Assembly (NCBI GenBank): GCA_963664015.2
Contig: CAXXLF010000002.1
Coordinates: 416,001 to 480,000, forward strand
DNA: 64,000 nucleotides
Source: Candidatus Binatia bacterium
GTDB taxonomy: Bacteria; Desulfobacterota; Binatia; UBA9968; CAXXLF01
Reading direction: 5' to 3'
Part shown: in pieces, positions 43,826 to 55,010 of the stretch
Layout: the number at the start of each line of letters is the position of its first letter
How positions within the stretch are numbered: the first letter of the stretch is position 1
Position numbers and translations under genes: made by a program
The notes under the pieces: model-generated
The model's database searches: none
Told to the model about the DNA's origin: nothing
The model's input: the letters and a program-made list of their open reading frames with translations, nothing else

Positions 43826-44034
43826 GCTTAGTACCCACCTGTTTCCTTGGGAGAATCGGATTAATATCACCCCCAACGGCGCAGTGATTAGGGGGGGCGC
43901 CGATAAACCGTGGCGACTCTTCTTGACATTTCCCGCCTATTCCAGTTTGCTTAATCGGCAAAGTCAACGAATCAGTGAATCCGAATTTTCCGTACGAGAG
44001 CTAGGTGCCATTTCTTAACTGATTTTTGAGAACC

Positions 44035-44388
44035 ATGACCATACGCATCAAGAACCTTAAATTAAGGACCATCATCGGCATAAACGATTGGGAACGGGTG
44101 GAAAAACAGGGCCTGGTCATCAATCTCAAGTTGGAACTGAATCGAATCAAGGCCACGGACACCGACCGCATCGAGGATACGGTAAATTACAAATCCTTGA
44201 CGAAACAAATTATCAGCGAAGTGGAGCAGTCCAAGTATTACCTGCTCGAGAAGCTTGCTCACCATCTTATGCAGATCGCTTTGAAAGATAAACGAGTCAA
44301 GAGCGCGACCGTAGAGATCGATAAACCCGGAGCCTTGCGTTTCGCGGATTCCGTCTCGGTGAGTTGTACGGCGGGACGGAGAAAATGA
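44035..44388 (+). CDS. folB: Dihydroneopterin aldolase/epimerase (FolB/FolX family)
   Basis: IIGINDWER, VNY, LLEKL, DKPGAL. Confidence 0.85.
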   Translation: MTIRIKNLKLRTIIGINDWERVEKQGLVINLKLELNRIKATDTDRIEDTVNYKSLTKQIISEVEQSKYYLLEKLAHHLMQIALKDKRVKSATVEIDKPGALRFADSVSVSCTAGRRK

Positions 44389-44777
44389 ATCACGCCGTGA
44401 TTGGGATTGGCTCCAACATCCAACCGGAAACCAATATCCCTAAAGCCATAAGCAAAATCGGTCAGACCCACCGGATCGTCAAGGAATCCAGTCTCGTGGA
44501 GACCGCGCCCATTGGATCCCGGGATCAATCTCCTTTTCTCAACGGTGCCCTGTTAATCGAGACCGAACTGGATCGCGATGACCTGAAAGCCTGGTTGCTG
44601 AGGGTCGAGAGTGAGCTGGGGCGTGTACGAGGGACCGACAAGAATGCACCGCGGACCATTGATCTGGACATCGTGGTCTGGAGCGGGGAGATCGTTGATC
44701 AGGACGTCTACGGCCGGGATTATCTACGGCAGGCAGTAAACGAGGTTTGCCCCACATTCAAAGTTGGGGACTCATAG
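44385..44777 (+). CDS. folK: 6-hydroxymethyl-7,8-dihydropterin pyrophosphokinase (short form)
   Basis: IGIGSN, ETAP, FLNG, PRTIDLDI. Confidence 0.88.
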   Translation: MNHAVIGIGSNIQPETNIPKAISKIGQTHRIVKESSLVETAPIGSRDQSPFLNGALLIETELDRDDLKAWLLRVESELGRVRGTDKNAPRTIDLDIVVWSGEIVDQDVYGRDYLRQAVNEVCPTFKVGDS

Positions 44778-44901
44778 GAAGATGGAGAAACTGTTCATTG
44801 GCGAAGATGGTGGCCCGCGAAAGAACCCTATACTGAAACGACCACTCATTCGTTCGAGGCATGCGAAAGAAGAGAAGCGGGCAGGCCTACCCCTGGCTAC
44901 C

Positions 44902-45885
44902 ATGGGCCGGTGTTTACTTTTCCTGTTACTACTTCTGGCCGGCTCGATCTCAGTCTTAATGGCCGGACCCAGAACCCAGTCCATCACGGTCACGGCCGCC
45001 ACGATGAATCTGAATCGGGATGCACCGGAGCAACAGACATTTGGGAAGCTTCAATTCCTGAACGGTTTTGAGCTTGCCTCCAAGGACTCTCGCTTTGGGG
45101 GTCTATCCGGGCTGACCTTGAGCCAGGACGGCCAAATGCTCTACGCCATTTCCGATCGCGGCTATTGGTTTTCCGCCGGTCTGAAACACGATGCCGAGGG
45201 ACGCCTCACTGATATGGGAAAGTGGACCGTTGGACCGTTACTCGCTATTAATGGAAAGGTTCTCAACTCACGGGAACGGGACGCAGAAGCTTTAACTCAG
45301 GACCAAGATGGCTCCTTTATTGTTGCCTTCGAGCGGCTGCCCCGTCTCTGGCGTTATCCTGCATCTTCTTCCCCTTTTTCCCAGCCTCCCGTGTCCTTAC
45401 CCCTCCCGCCGGAAATTCACCAGGCTCCCGCCAACGGAGGCTTGGAAGGGGCGACCATACTCAACGACCGGCGCCTCCTCCTCATTACCGAGCGTTTCAA
45501 AAACAAGGATGGGAGCGTCAAAAGCTGGCTCGTTGACAAGTCCCTCTTTACCTCCCTTTCTTATCCGATAACCGAGGACTTTTTACCGACGGACTTGGCC
45601 ACGCTCCCAAACGGAGATATTCTTCTTCTCGAACGGCAATACAAAATACTCCGGGGGGCCATCGTGCGGATTCGGCGGATCCCACGGGAAAGCATACGGG
45701 CAAAAGCTCAACTTACAGGTAAGGAGATCATAAGGCTCGCCCCACCGTTGGAAGTGGACAACTTTGAGGGAATGGCACTGCATCAAGACGCTCAGGGTAG
45801 AGTCTTGCTTTACCTGGTTTCAGATGACAACTACAGTCCGCTGCAGCGTACACTTTTATTCCAATTTCGCTTGATCGATAACTAA
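44902..45885 (+). CDS. Esterase-like activity of phytase family secreted protein (start uncertain)
   Basis: Signal-like N-terminus, FGGLSG, ISDRG, NGGLEG, DNFEG, VSDDNY. Confidence 0.8.
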   Translation: MGRCLLFLLLLLAGSISVLMAGPRTQSITVTAATMNLNRDAPEQQTFGKLQFLNGFELASKDSRFGGLSGLTLSQDGQMLYAISDRGYWFSAGLKHDAEGRLTDMGKWTVGPLLAINGKVLNSRERDAEALTQDQDGSFIVAFERLPRLWRYPASSSPFSQPPVSLPLPPEIHQAPANGGLEGATILNDRRLLLITERFKNKDGSVKSWLVDKSLFTSLSYPITEDFLPTDLATLPNGDILLLERQYKILRGAIVRIRRIPRESIRAKAQLTGKEIIRLAPPLEVDNFEGMALHQDAQGRVLLYLVSDDNYSPLQRTLLFQFRLIDN

Positions 45886-45926
45886 CCGTAACCAGACTCA
45901 GAGGTGCCCACCTTGGTGAGGAGTCA

Positions 45927-46961
45927 ATGATGACTGATCGTGACGATAAAACGGACGCACTCGGAACGTTGGGCCTACGCGAGATTCGTCAACTGGCGCG
46001 TAAAAACACTCCCTCGGAGGCTTGGGAACATGTCATGGGAGCCGCAGGAAGCCGATCGACACTACGCCGGAACCAAGCGGCCATGCGGAGAATCCTGTTT
46101 CGTCAAAGAATCTTTCACGATATCACCAATCCGGATACCACCGTTACCCTGTTCGGCCGCCCCCTCCCCCTCCCCATCGCCATCGCCCCCGTCGGAAGTT
46201 TTGCCAAGGTTCACCCCCACGGCGAACGCTGGGTGGTTGAAGGTGCGGGCCGTGCCGGAATCATGGTCTTCGTGAGCCACGCCGCACGGTCTACGGCCAA
46301 GGAATGGGCCGAGGGTGCCTCCAGTCCCCTGGTTTTCATGGGTTATCTGAGCCGAGGGCGGGAGCGGGTATTGGAATACGCACGGTGTGCAGAGGAGTTG
46401 GGATATGCAGCCGTAGGGTTGACCATGGATACGGTCCAGCCGGTCAAGATCGGTGATCATGTCCCCCTTCAAGCCGACGGCCGGCCCAGGGAAGGTCATT
46501 CGGCTTCACCGCGGGATATCGAGTGGCTCAAGCACGAGGTCTCCGTGCCCGTCGTGGTCAAGGGAATCATGGGCGCCGAAGATGCTCGAATCGCCGCAGA
46601 TGCGGGCGCTGATTGTATCGTGGTCTCGAATCACGGCGGGAGGGTGCTCGATTATAATCGAGCGACGATCGAGACCTTACCCGAGGTGGTTCACGCTATC
46701 GGGAATCGCGTCCCGGTCCTCCTTGACAGCGGCATCCGAAGTGGAGATGACGTCATTAAAGCGCTGGCTCTGGGCGCCAAGGCGGTTCTCGTCGGCCGCC
46801 CGATCTGTTGGGGGCTTGGGGCCGGCGGATCACACGGAGTGGAACGGGTCATTCAGATTCTGGCCGATGAACTGAAGAGAGTTCTAATCATGACCGGTAC
46901 CGGAAGCATCACCAACATCACCGAGTCGATACTGATCATGGATTCGGCACGACGAACCTGA
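45927..46961 (+). CDS. FMN-dependent alpha-hydroxy acid oxidase/dehydrogenase
   Basis: IAPVG, VVKG, VSNHGGR, DSGIRSGDD.IKALALGA. Confidence 0.92.
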   Translation: MMTDRDDKTDALGTLGLREIRQLARKNTPSEAWEHVMGAAGSRSTLRRNQAAMRRILFRQRIFHDITNPDTTVTLFGRPLPLPIAIAPVGSFAKVHPHGERWVVEGAGRAGIMVFVSHAARSTAKEWAEGASSPLVFMGYLSRGRERVLEYARCAEELGYAAVGLTMDTVQPVKIGDHVPLQADGRPREGHSASPRDIEWLKHEVSVPVVVKGIMGAEDARIAADAGADCIVVSNHGGRVLDYNRATIETLPEVVHAIGNRVPVLLDSGIRSGDDVIKALALGAKAVLVGRPICWGLGAGGSHGVERVIQILADELKRVLIMTGTGSITNITESILIMDSARRT

Positions 46962-47014
46962 CCCCAATACCTCGGTTGTTTCCGTACCCGAGTCGGGCCC
47001 TTTACCCCGCAAGG

Positions 47015-47623
47015 CTACCTTAACTTTTTCAGATCCACGTCTACGGTCCGAGCCTCTCCCAAGCGCCCAATCCTAAAGGACTCCACTTTGGTCCCCAGTT
47101 CAAGATACCAGACCTCGAGGTGGTATTCCCCAGGAGGCAGTCCCGGGATTCGATATCGGCCCCTGTCATTGGCTACCGCGAAGTAGGCGTGCTTTTTCAC
47201 AACGATAAATGCTTCCATATTGGGGTGGACATTACATAGCACCTTCACCCCCCGGCTCTCCCCGGTTGGATAAAGGCCGAGATCAAAGGTCGTTGTCTCG
47301 GAAGCGGAGTACACGTTGTGCCATGACTTGTCGTTGTTTGGAAAATTGACCAGCGTCCCGACCATAACCGCCGAAACGTGAGGAATGAACTTTTTTCCCC
47401 GCTGATCTACAGTCACCAGCTTGGGTTTGCCCTGGCCAGGCTGCCCCCCCAGGGTTTCTCCTCCGGGCCCGCTCACCGCAACCACGACATCAGAAGTCAC
47501 CCGGCCATTGAGAGTAACGATTCCCGTGACAGTGGCACCCCCCGACCCTCCTTCTGCGGCGACTGCGCGAATCGGGAGTAGGAGCGTCCAAAAGGCAAGA
47601 ACCCCAAACAAAAAGTGATTCAT
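47015..47623 (-). CDS. Secreted cupredoxin-like/carboxypeptidase-regulatory-like domain protein
   Basis: DQ..KKFIPHV, FPNND..HNVYS, FDLG, CNVHPNM, LPPGEY.LEVW. Confidence 0.75.
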   Translation of the reverse strand: MNHFLFGVLAFWTLLLPIRAVAAEGGSGGATVTGIVTLNGRVTSDVVVAVSGPGGETLGGQPGQGKPKLVTVDQRGKKFIPHVSAVMVGTLVNFPNNDKSWHNVYSASETTTFDLGLYPTGESRGVKVLCNVHPNMEAFIVVKKHAYFAVANDRGRYRIPGLPPGEYHLEVWYLELGTKVESFRIGRLGEARTVDVDLKKLR

Positions 47624-47624
47624 T

Positions 47625-47820
47625 CTCTACCCCCTTTGACCGGTCGATAGAGGAATTGGACTTCGGAAACGGCCTTGCCTTTAACGACAACCCTCTTGAC
47701 CTGGCTTCCCAAGCGTTCATACCACACTTACAAATGGTAGGCTCCAGGAGGTACGTTACGAATCTCTAATTCACCGAAAAGATCCGAAACCACATGGTTA
47801 AGGATGGTCAGGCACAGCGG
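47625..47820 (-). pseudogene. C-terminal remnant of a paralogous secreted protein
   Basis: IRNVPPGAYHL*VWYERLGSQVKRVVV resembles the neighbour's C-terminus. Confidence 0.55.
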
Positions 47821-47898
47821 GAACCCGGTACTGATCATTCGCGCCGTCTGTTAGTCGCCCCCCAGGCAGGCGTCATGGCCCTGCAACACCGTCTAACA

Positions 47899-47927
47899 TT
47901 GTACCCCAATTTGAGCCATGGTAACCT
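47899..47927 (+). promoter_or_regulatory. Putative sigma70 promoter of the trehalose operon
   Basis: TTGTAC-N17-TAACCT with TG extended -10. Confidence 0.5.
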
Positions 47928-48061
47928 CAATGAATTAGCGTAAGTGGGTACTCGGCGTGGGCCGAACCAGCCGGGTGCCGTCTTGAGTGCAAGTACGCAC
48001 TTACAGGTAAATTCCGCTAAACGTAGATTTTAAACTTACACCGCCCTGGAGGTCCCTTCTA

Positions 48062-49621
48062 TTGGCTGTGCATCAATTCGACGCCATTCTTTTCGATTTG
48101 GATGGAGTCGTCACCAATACGGCGAAGGTCCACGCCGCCGCTTGGAAAGCGCTGTTTGATACTTACCTCAAGCTGAGAGGAGGTCGGGACAAGCCGCCCT
48201 CTTCTCCTTTTGATAGTGTCAATGACTATCTCGCTTACGTGGACGGCAAACCTCGGTATGAAGGAGTCCGCAGTTTTCTTGAATCCAGAGAAATTCGAAT
48301 TCCCATGGGAGACCCGACCGACGGCCCCGACCGAGAAACCATCTGCGGGCTGGGGAACAGTAAAAACGAGCTATTCACAGAGATTATGGAGCGGGACGGC
48401 GTTGAGGTATTTCCTGCCACCGTGAAACTGATCCAGGAGTTGAAAGAAGAACAGATCAAGACCGCTATCGTTTCATCCAGTAAGAACTGCCTAGCGATAC
48501 TTCAAAAGGCCGGCATGGGAAACGCCTTCGACGCGAGGGTAGATGGAGTACTATCCCAGACCCTGGGTCTCAAGGGGAACCCCAATCCGGACATATTCAT
48601 CAAAGGCGCCGAACTGCTCGACGTCGATGTGAGAAGGACCGTGGTCATTGAAGACTCCATAGTCGGCGTCGAAGCGGCAAGGGCCGGAAACTTTGGTATG
48701 GTCATTGGCATCGATCGGACCCAGCAGTCACGAGGTCTCAAGGAAAAGGGAGCCCATTGGGTGCTCCAGGACTTGAGCGAGATCAGTCTCACCGATCTGG
48801 ATTCATGGTTTAGCCAGCACAGATCCGAACTCCCATTGGCCCTTGAGCGGATGGACGAGATTGCAGCACGTTTATCCAAGAAACAGGCCGCCGTATTTCT
48901 CGACTACGATGGTACGTTGACACCGATTGTGGAGCATCCCGATAACGCCTTCATGTCAGATGAAATGCGCGAGGTCGTCCGTCAATTGGCCACTGTGACA
49001 CCGGTCGCCGTCGTTAGCGGTCGAGATCGAAACAAGGTCCGTGACTTCGTGAAACTGGACCACCTGGTCTACGCCGGTAGCCATGGCTTCGACATCGCAG
49101 GACCGAACCAAGCGCAAATTCAATTTCAGGAGGGCAATCGTTTCCTACCGGCCCTGGACAAGGCCCAAGAAGAGATTTCTGAATCCGTCAAGGGCATCAA
49201 GGGTTCCCTGATAGAACGCACCGCCTTTTCCATATCCGTACATTATCGGATGGTAGCGGAAAATCAGATTTCCCGGGTTGAACAGATGGTCGACGAGATA
49301 TTACGAAAACACACCGAACTACGAATGACCCATGGCAAAAAGGTCTTCGAAGTCCGCCCTAATATCGACTGGGACAAGGGCAAAGCCGTGTTGTGGATCT
49401 TAAAGGCCCTCAACTTGAACGGGCCCGATGTGGTGTCCCTTTATTTAGGGGATGACACGACCGATGAGGACGCCTTCCGTGCCCTGGCCGGACGGGGCAT
49501 TGGCATCCTGGTTGCCGACGGGGCCAGGCCAAGCCGTGCATCCTACAGACTCAAGAACACCGATCAGGTCGAAGAGTTTTTGTTGGGGTTCGCCTCCCTA
49601 TTAAAAGAAAAACATCAATGA
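48062..49621 (+). CDS. otsB: Beta-phosphoglucomutase-like HAD fused to trehalose-6-phosphate phosphatase
   Basis: N-domain FDLDGVV, YVDGKPRYEGV, EDS; C-domain FLDYDGTL, SGR, AGSHG, WDKG, GDDTTDEDAF. Confidence 0.85.
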   Translation: MAVHQFDAILFDLDGVVTNTAKVHAAAWKALFDTYLKLRGGRDKPPSSPFDSVNDYLAYVDGKPRYEGVRSFLESREIRIPMGDPTDGPDRETICGLGNSKNELFTEIMERDGVEVFPATVKLIQELKEEQIKTAIVSSSKNCLAILQKAGMGNAFDARVDGVLSQTLGLKGNPNPDIFIKGAELLDVDVRRTVVIEDSIVGVEAARAGNFGMVIGIDRTQQSRGLKEKGAHWVLQDLSEISLTDLDSWFSQHRSELPLALERMDEIAARLSKKQAAVFLDYDGTLTPIVEHPDNAFMSDEMREVVRQLATVTPVAVVSGRDRNKVRDFVKLDHLVYAGSHGFDIAGPNQAQIQFQEGNRFLPALDKAQEEISESVKGIKGSLIERTAFSISVHYRMVAENQISRVEQMVDEILRKHTELRMTHGKKVFEVRPNIDWDKGKAVLWILKALNLNGPDVVSLYLGDDTTDEDAFRALAGRGIGILVADGARPSRASYRLKNTDQVEEFLLGFASLLKEKHQ

Positions 49622-52015
49622 GCAATTGGATTCTCCAGTACAACGGATTTGAACCGGAAAAGGAGCGGCTCCGTGAGGTCTTGTGCACCTTGGGTAACGG
49701 ATATTTTGCCACGCGGGGTGCCGCAGAGGAGGTGTTGGCGGACCCATACCACTACCCGGGAACCTACTTTGCCGGCGGGTATAACCATCTCGATACGGAA
49801 GTTGGAGGACGCACAATAACCAACGAGGACCTGGTCAACTCTCCCAACTGGCTTCGCCTGACTTTCCACCCGGATGACGGCGGTTGGTTGAACCTCATGG
49901 CCGTCGAAATCCTCTCCTCCGACAACAGTTACATCTGAAAAACGGCATCCTGTTTAGAAAGGTTAGCATCCGTGACAAACAAGGACGCGAAAGGACGATT
50001 CTATCCAAACGGTTGGTTCCCATGGGCAATCGCCACCTAGCGGCCATAGAAACCAGCATTACCGCAGAGAATTGGGAGGGCGGCATAAGAATCAAATCCG
50101 AGCTAGACGGATCCGTTATTAACGGAGGTGTGGAACGGTACAAGCAGTTCAATTCGAAACACCTGCAAACCCTATCCATGGGACCTGTGAATAAGGACAG
50201 TGTCTATCTTCTGGTTCATACCAGCCAGTGAAGAATGGAGGTTGCGGAAGCGGCCAGGACTCAAATCTTGGGCAAGGGCCATCGGGTAGCCGTCGACGGG
50301 GAGACCTATGAGGGACAGGAGGTTGTCGGCCAGGAGTTTCACCTGAACCTGGAAAAGAAGAAGACCATCAGCGTCGAGAAGATCGTCTCTCTTTACACTT
50401 CGAAAGATTATACCATATCCGAGTGCTCTCTAGCCGCTCGCACCGCTCATTCCCAATACGGCCGCTTTCAAGACTTGCTCGAAACCCACACTCAAGCGTG
50501 GAAGTTTCTCTGGCACCGGTGCGATGTTGAAATCCGGGCAGGGAACCACGCGCAGCTCGCACTGCGGGTGCACATCTTCCACCTTCTGCAAACGATTTGC
50601 ACACACACACGGTACGTCTCGATGTCGGCGTCCCCGCAAGAGGCCTCCACGGAGAGGCCTACCGGGGACATATCTTCTGGGACGTGCTGTTCATGCTCTT
50701 TTTCTACACCTTGCGCATTCCGGAGGTTACCCGATCGCTACTTTTGTACCGCTACCGCAGGCTTGACAAGGCACGGCAAGCAGCGAAAGAAGCCTCCTAT
50801 GAAGGTGCCATGTATCCCTGGCAGAGCGGCAGCGACGGGGGGGGGGGGAGGAGACCCAGATCGTCCACCTGAATCCGGACTCCGGCCGCTGGATCGATGA
50901 CCACAGCCATCTGCAGCGTCATGTGAATGTAGCCATCGTCTACAATATTTGGCAGTACTTTAAAGCTTCCGGCGATTTGGAATTTTTAGACTACTACGGA
51001 CCCGAAATGGTCCTGGAGATCGCCCGTTCCTGGTCCAGTATCTCCATCTACAATGAGGAGACCCGGCGCTATGAGATCTCGGGGTTCATGGGTCCCGACG
51101 AATACCACGAAAAATACCCCGATGCCCAAGTGGGCGGACTCAAAAACAACGCCTACACTAAGGTCATGGCGGTCTGGGTGTTGGAGCGGGCCATCGAATT
51201 CCTGACACTACTCAATGAAAAACGACGCATCGAATTATCGGAGAAACTAGCCCTTCGGAACGATGATATTCGACGCTGGAAAGACATCATATACAAAATG
51301 ACCGTCCCCTTCCACGGCGATGGGATCATCAGCCAGTTTAAAGGGTACGACCAATTGAAAGAATTCGACTGGGAGGACTATCGGAAAAAATTCAGCAATA
51401 TGGGTCGTCTGGAACGCATCCTGGAGGCCGAGGGGGGATTCGCCCCATCACTACAAATTATCCAAGCAGGCCGACGTCCTGATGCTCTTTTATCTGCTTC
51501 CTATACGCGAAGTACGACGCCTTTTCAAACAGTTGGGTTATCATTCCGACGATGATACTTTCCGTAAAAACATCGACTACTACATGGAGCAAACCTCCCA
51601 TGGGTCAACCCTCAGCAGGGTCGTTCATGCTTTCGTAGTCGCCCGTATTCACCCCAAAAGGTTTTGGGGATTTTTTAATGAAGCGCTGCAATCGGATATC
51701 GCCGACATCCAGGGCGGGACCACATAGGAAGGTATTCACCTTGGCGCCATGGCAGGTATCGACGACCTGCTACTTGGCTGCTATGCGGGAATTGATACGT
51801 GGGGTGAAACTGTCTCCTTCGATCCGGTGCTCCCGGAAGGGATACAAAAGCTCCATCTTCGAATCCAATACCACGACCGTTGGTTTGAACTCGACCTAAC
51901 CAAAGACCGGCTTCACCTTTCAGTGGATAAGAACGGGACACAACCGGTGCAGATTCTGATCGAAGGGAATTCCTACAGCACTCGGCCCGGTGTTGGGCGT
52001 ACCTTCAAACTGTGA
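49618..52015 (+). pseudogene. GH65 glycoside (trehalose/trehalose-6-P) phosphorylase, multiply disrupted
   Basis: TLGNGYFATRG, PARGLHGEAYRGHIFWD, GPDEYHE, KQADVLM, SHGSTLS, GIHLGAMAG across about six lesions. Confidence 0.88.
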
Positions 52016-52078
52016 CGGTCGTCCCTTTGGGGCTGGCCCGGGTCCCAAGGGCTCCGACCGTTCCTCCGCGGCGCCGAG

Positions 52079-54697
52079 CTAAGCGGCTTCAGCCAGGGTA
52101 GATAAGTCAAAGGTAAGCTTGTCTTTCTTGTAATCGACGACCATCTTGGAACGCTCACGAACCTCGCCTGCCAGGATTTTCCGTCCCAAGACCGTCTCGA
52201 TTTCCCGCTGAATGAGTCGTTTGAGCGGCCGCGCACCATAGGTAGGATCGTACCCGGTCTCGGCAAGGTAATCCTTAGCCCGATCGCTCAACTGGAGCGT
52301 GATGCTACGTTCTGACAAACGGGCGCGTAGTCGTTCGAGCTGGATATCCACGATTTTTTTCAATTCTTCACGAGTCAGGCTATGGAAGACGACGATTTCG
52401 TCGACCCGATTGAGAAATTCCGGCGGGAACTGCTGCCGGAGGACCCCTAAGACCTCCCCTTTCATTTTCTCATAGCTTTCCGAATCATTTGTACCCTGAT
52501 ATCCTAGGATATGATGGCTCCCCACATTGGAGGTCATAATCACGACCGTATTCTTGAAATCCACCGTTCGTCCATGACCGTCGGTCAACTGCCCATCGTC
52601 CAGTATCTGCAACAGGACATTGAAAACGTCCGCATGGGCCTTTTCTACCTCGTCAAATAAAATGACGGAGTACGGATGCCTACGCACGGCCTCGGTAAGC
52701 TGACCTCCTTCGTCATAGCCCACGTACCCCGGAGGAGCACCAAGGAGCCGGGCTACCGTATGTTTCTCCATATACTCGGACATGTCCAGACGGATCATTT
52801 TCTTTTCATCATCAAACAGAGAAGCGGCCAGGGCCCGTCCCAATTCGGTCTTCCCAACCCCAGTAGGTCCCAAGAAGATGAAAGAACCAATGGGTCGATT
52901 GGGGTCTTTCAAACCCGAGCGGGCACGAATCACCGAGTCGGCCACCGCTTGTACGGCTTCGTCCTGCCCAACAACACGCCTATGCAGATGATCGCCCATG
53001 TGCAGGAGTTTTTCTTTCTCCCCCTCCATCAGTTTCACCACCGGGATACCCGTCCAGCGGAAAACCACATCCGCGATGTCCTCCTCGTCCACCTCTTCCT
53101 TTAACAGGCGCGCCCTTCCACCTTCCTGGAGACGAAGCTCCTCGTCCGCCAGCTCCTTTTCCAATTGCCCGAGTTTTCCATACTTGAGCTCGGCGAGTCG
53201 GTTGAGATCGTACTCCCTCTCAGCATGTTCCATGGCCCGGTGTGTTTCTTCGATGTTCCCCTTTAACTCCCGCAGATGGGAGATGGCGTTCTTCTCCACT
53301 TCCCACTGGCTTCTGAGTGTATTGGCCTTCTCCTTAAGGTCGGCGAGTTCCTTTTCCAGCTTGTCTAGCCGATCCCTGGACGCCTGGTCCTTTTCCTTCC
53401 GCAACGCCTCTCGCTCGATCTCCAGTTGCATCACCTGACGGGATACTTGATCCAACTCCACCGGCATGGAGTCGATTTCCGTCCGCAATTTGGCCCCTGC
53501 CTCGTCGACCAGATCAATAGCCTTGTCGGGTAAGAACCGGTCGCTGATATAGCGGTGGGAAAGGACTGCCGCGCTTACCAGGGCCGCATCCTTGATACGA
53601 ACGCCGTGGTGGATCTCGTATCGTTCTTTCAGACCGCGCAGGATGGAGATGGTTTCCTCCACGTTGGGTTGATCGACAACGACAGTCTGGAAGCGCCGCT
53701 CCAAAGCCCGGTCTTTTTCCACGTATTTCCGATACTCATCCAACGTGGTAGCACCGATACAATGGAGCTCGCCCCGTGCAAGCATCGGTTTCAAAAGATT
53801 ACTCGCATCCATGGCCCCCTCGGCAGCACCGGCCCCAACGACCGTATGGAGCTCGTCGATAAAGAGAATGACTTCCCCGGAAGATTCTTGTACCTCTTTC
53901 AGAACCGCCTTGAGCCTTTCCTCGAACTCTCCGCGAAACTTGGCCCCTGCAATAAGCGCCCCCATATCCAAGACGATGATGCGCTTGTTTTTGAGGCCAT
54001 CGGGAACGTCTCCTGCGACCATGCGTTGGGCCAACCCCTCGACGATGGCCGTCTTCCCAACACCTGGATCCCCGATCAGCACTGGATTGTTCTTGGTTCG
54101 TCGAGAGAGGACCTGAACTACCCGACGAATCTCCTCATCCCGGCCTATAACGGGATCGAGCTTGCCCTGGGAAGCCAGTTCGGTGAGATTACGACCGTAC
54201 CGCTCCAACACCTGATAGGTAGCCTCGGGATTTGGGCTTGTCACCCGCTGGTGCCCTCGCACCTTCTTCAGGGCCTCTAACACTCGATCACGGTTCAGGC
54301 CGGCGTCACGCAGCACACGCCCCGCCGTATCTCCCTCATCTACTATAGCTAGAAGCAGATGCTCCACACTGACGTAGTCATCCTTAAGATCCTTCGCCTC
54401 ATCCTCTGCCCGGGTCATTAACTTTACCAACCTCTGCGTAATGTAGTTCTGCTGCTGGGTTGATCCGGACCCCGATATCTGTGCGATACGGGTGAGGGCA
54501 TTTTCCAATTCCTCTTTGACCTTTGTCGGAGACACTCCCGCTTGAGTGAGGATGGAAGGAACCAAGCCCTCGGGCGAATCCACAAGGGCTGAAAGGAGAT
54601 GCTCGACGTCCACCCCTTGATGGTTTCGCTTTACAGCCAGTGTCTGCGCCTGGCCCAGCGCCGTTTGAGACTTTTCAGTAAACCGATTCAGGTCCAT
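52079..54697 (-). CDS. clpB: ATP-dependent chaperone ClpB
   Basis: Two AAA+ modules (GDPGVGKT; GPTGVGKT), long middle domain, YGARPLKR. Confidence 0.96.
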   Translation of the reverse strand: MDLNRFTEKSQTALGQAQTLAVKRNHQGVDVEHLLSALVDSPEGLVPSILTQAGVSPTKVKEELENALTRIAQISGSGSTQQQNYITQRLVKLMTRAEDEAKDLKDDYVSVEHLLLAIVDEGDTAGRVLRDAGLNRDRVLEALKKVRGHQRVTSPNPEATYQVLERYGRNLTELASQGKLDPVIGRDEEIRRVVQVLSRRTKNNPVLIGDPGVGKTAIVEGLAQRMVAGDVPDGLKNKRIIVLDMGALIAGAKFRGEFEERLKAVLKEVQESSGEVILFIDELHTVVGAGAAEGAMDASNLLKPMLARGELHCIGATTLDEYRKYVEKDRALERRFQTVVVDQPNVEETISILRGLKERYEIHHGVRIKDAALVSAAVLSHRYISDRFLPDKAIDLVDEAGAKLRTEIDSMPVELDQVSRQVMQLEIEREALRKEKDQASRDRLDKLEKELADLKEKANTLRSQWEVEKNAISHLRELKGNIEETHRAMEHAEREYDLNRLAELKYGKLGQLEKELADEELRLQEGGRARLLKEEVDEEDIADVVFRWTGIPVVKLMEGEKEKLLHMGDHLHRRVVGQDEAVQAVADSVIRARSGLKDPNRPIGSFIFLGPTGVGKTELGRALAASLFDDEKKMIRLDMSEYMEKHTVARLLGAPPGYVGYDEGGQLTEAVRRHPYSVILFDEVEKAHADVFNVLLQILDDGQLTDGHGRTVDFKNTVVIMTSNVGSHHILGYQGTNDSESYEKMKGEVLGVLRQQFPPEFLNRVDEIVVFHSLTREELKKIVDIQLERLRARLSERSITLQLSDRAKDYLAETGYDPTYGARPLKRLIQREIETVLGRKILAGEVRERSKMVVDYKKDKLTFDLSTLAEAA

Positions 54698-55010
54698 AGC
54701 ACACTCCATTCTAACTTTTTAATAATGCCTCCACGAGTTAATCCAGCCTTCGCACCCCAGGCCCCGACGGCGAAGCCCCCCGTGGCATCCTTCCCATTTT
54801 CTACCAGGTTAAATACATCAGACTCAGCACTCTGATTTCATTGAGCTCCCATATTTCCCCTACAGAATTTAACCACGAATCCTTTATTGGCAACCCCCTC
54901 GATTAATTGCTTCTTACTATTCAAAAGCAAACAGGTTAATGGTCACGACAAATATATTTTACATTTTATTAAAATGGCATTCCCATACATCCAATCGTTT
55001 CATATCCCCC

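Noticed and set aside
43920-44034. Folate-related riboswitch upstream of folB
   Set aside because: No THF or ZTP consensus recognisable by eye; an Rfam scan would be needed.
50837-50848. Phase variation via the G12 tract
   Set aside because: The gene has several other stops and frameshifts, so tract switching could not restore it.
54824-54850. CIRCE element upstream of clpB
   Set aside because: Only one half-site (TCAGCACTC) is present; the second arm does not match GAGTGCTAA.
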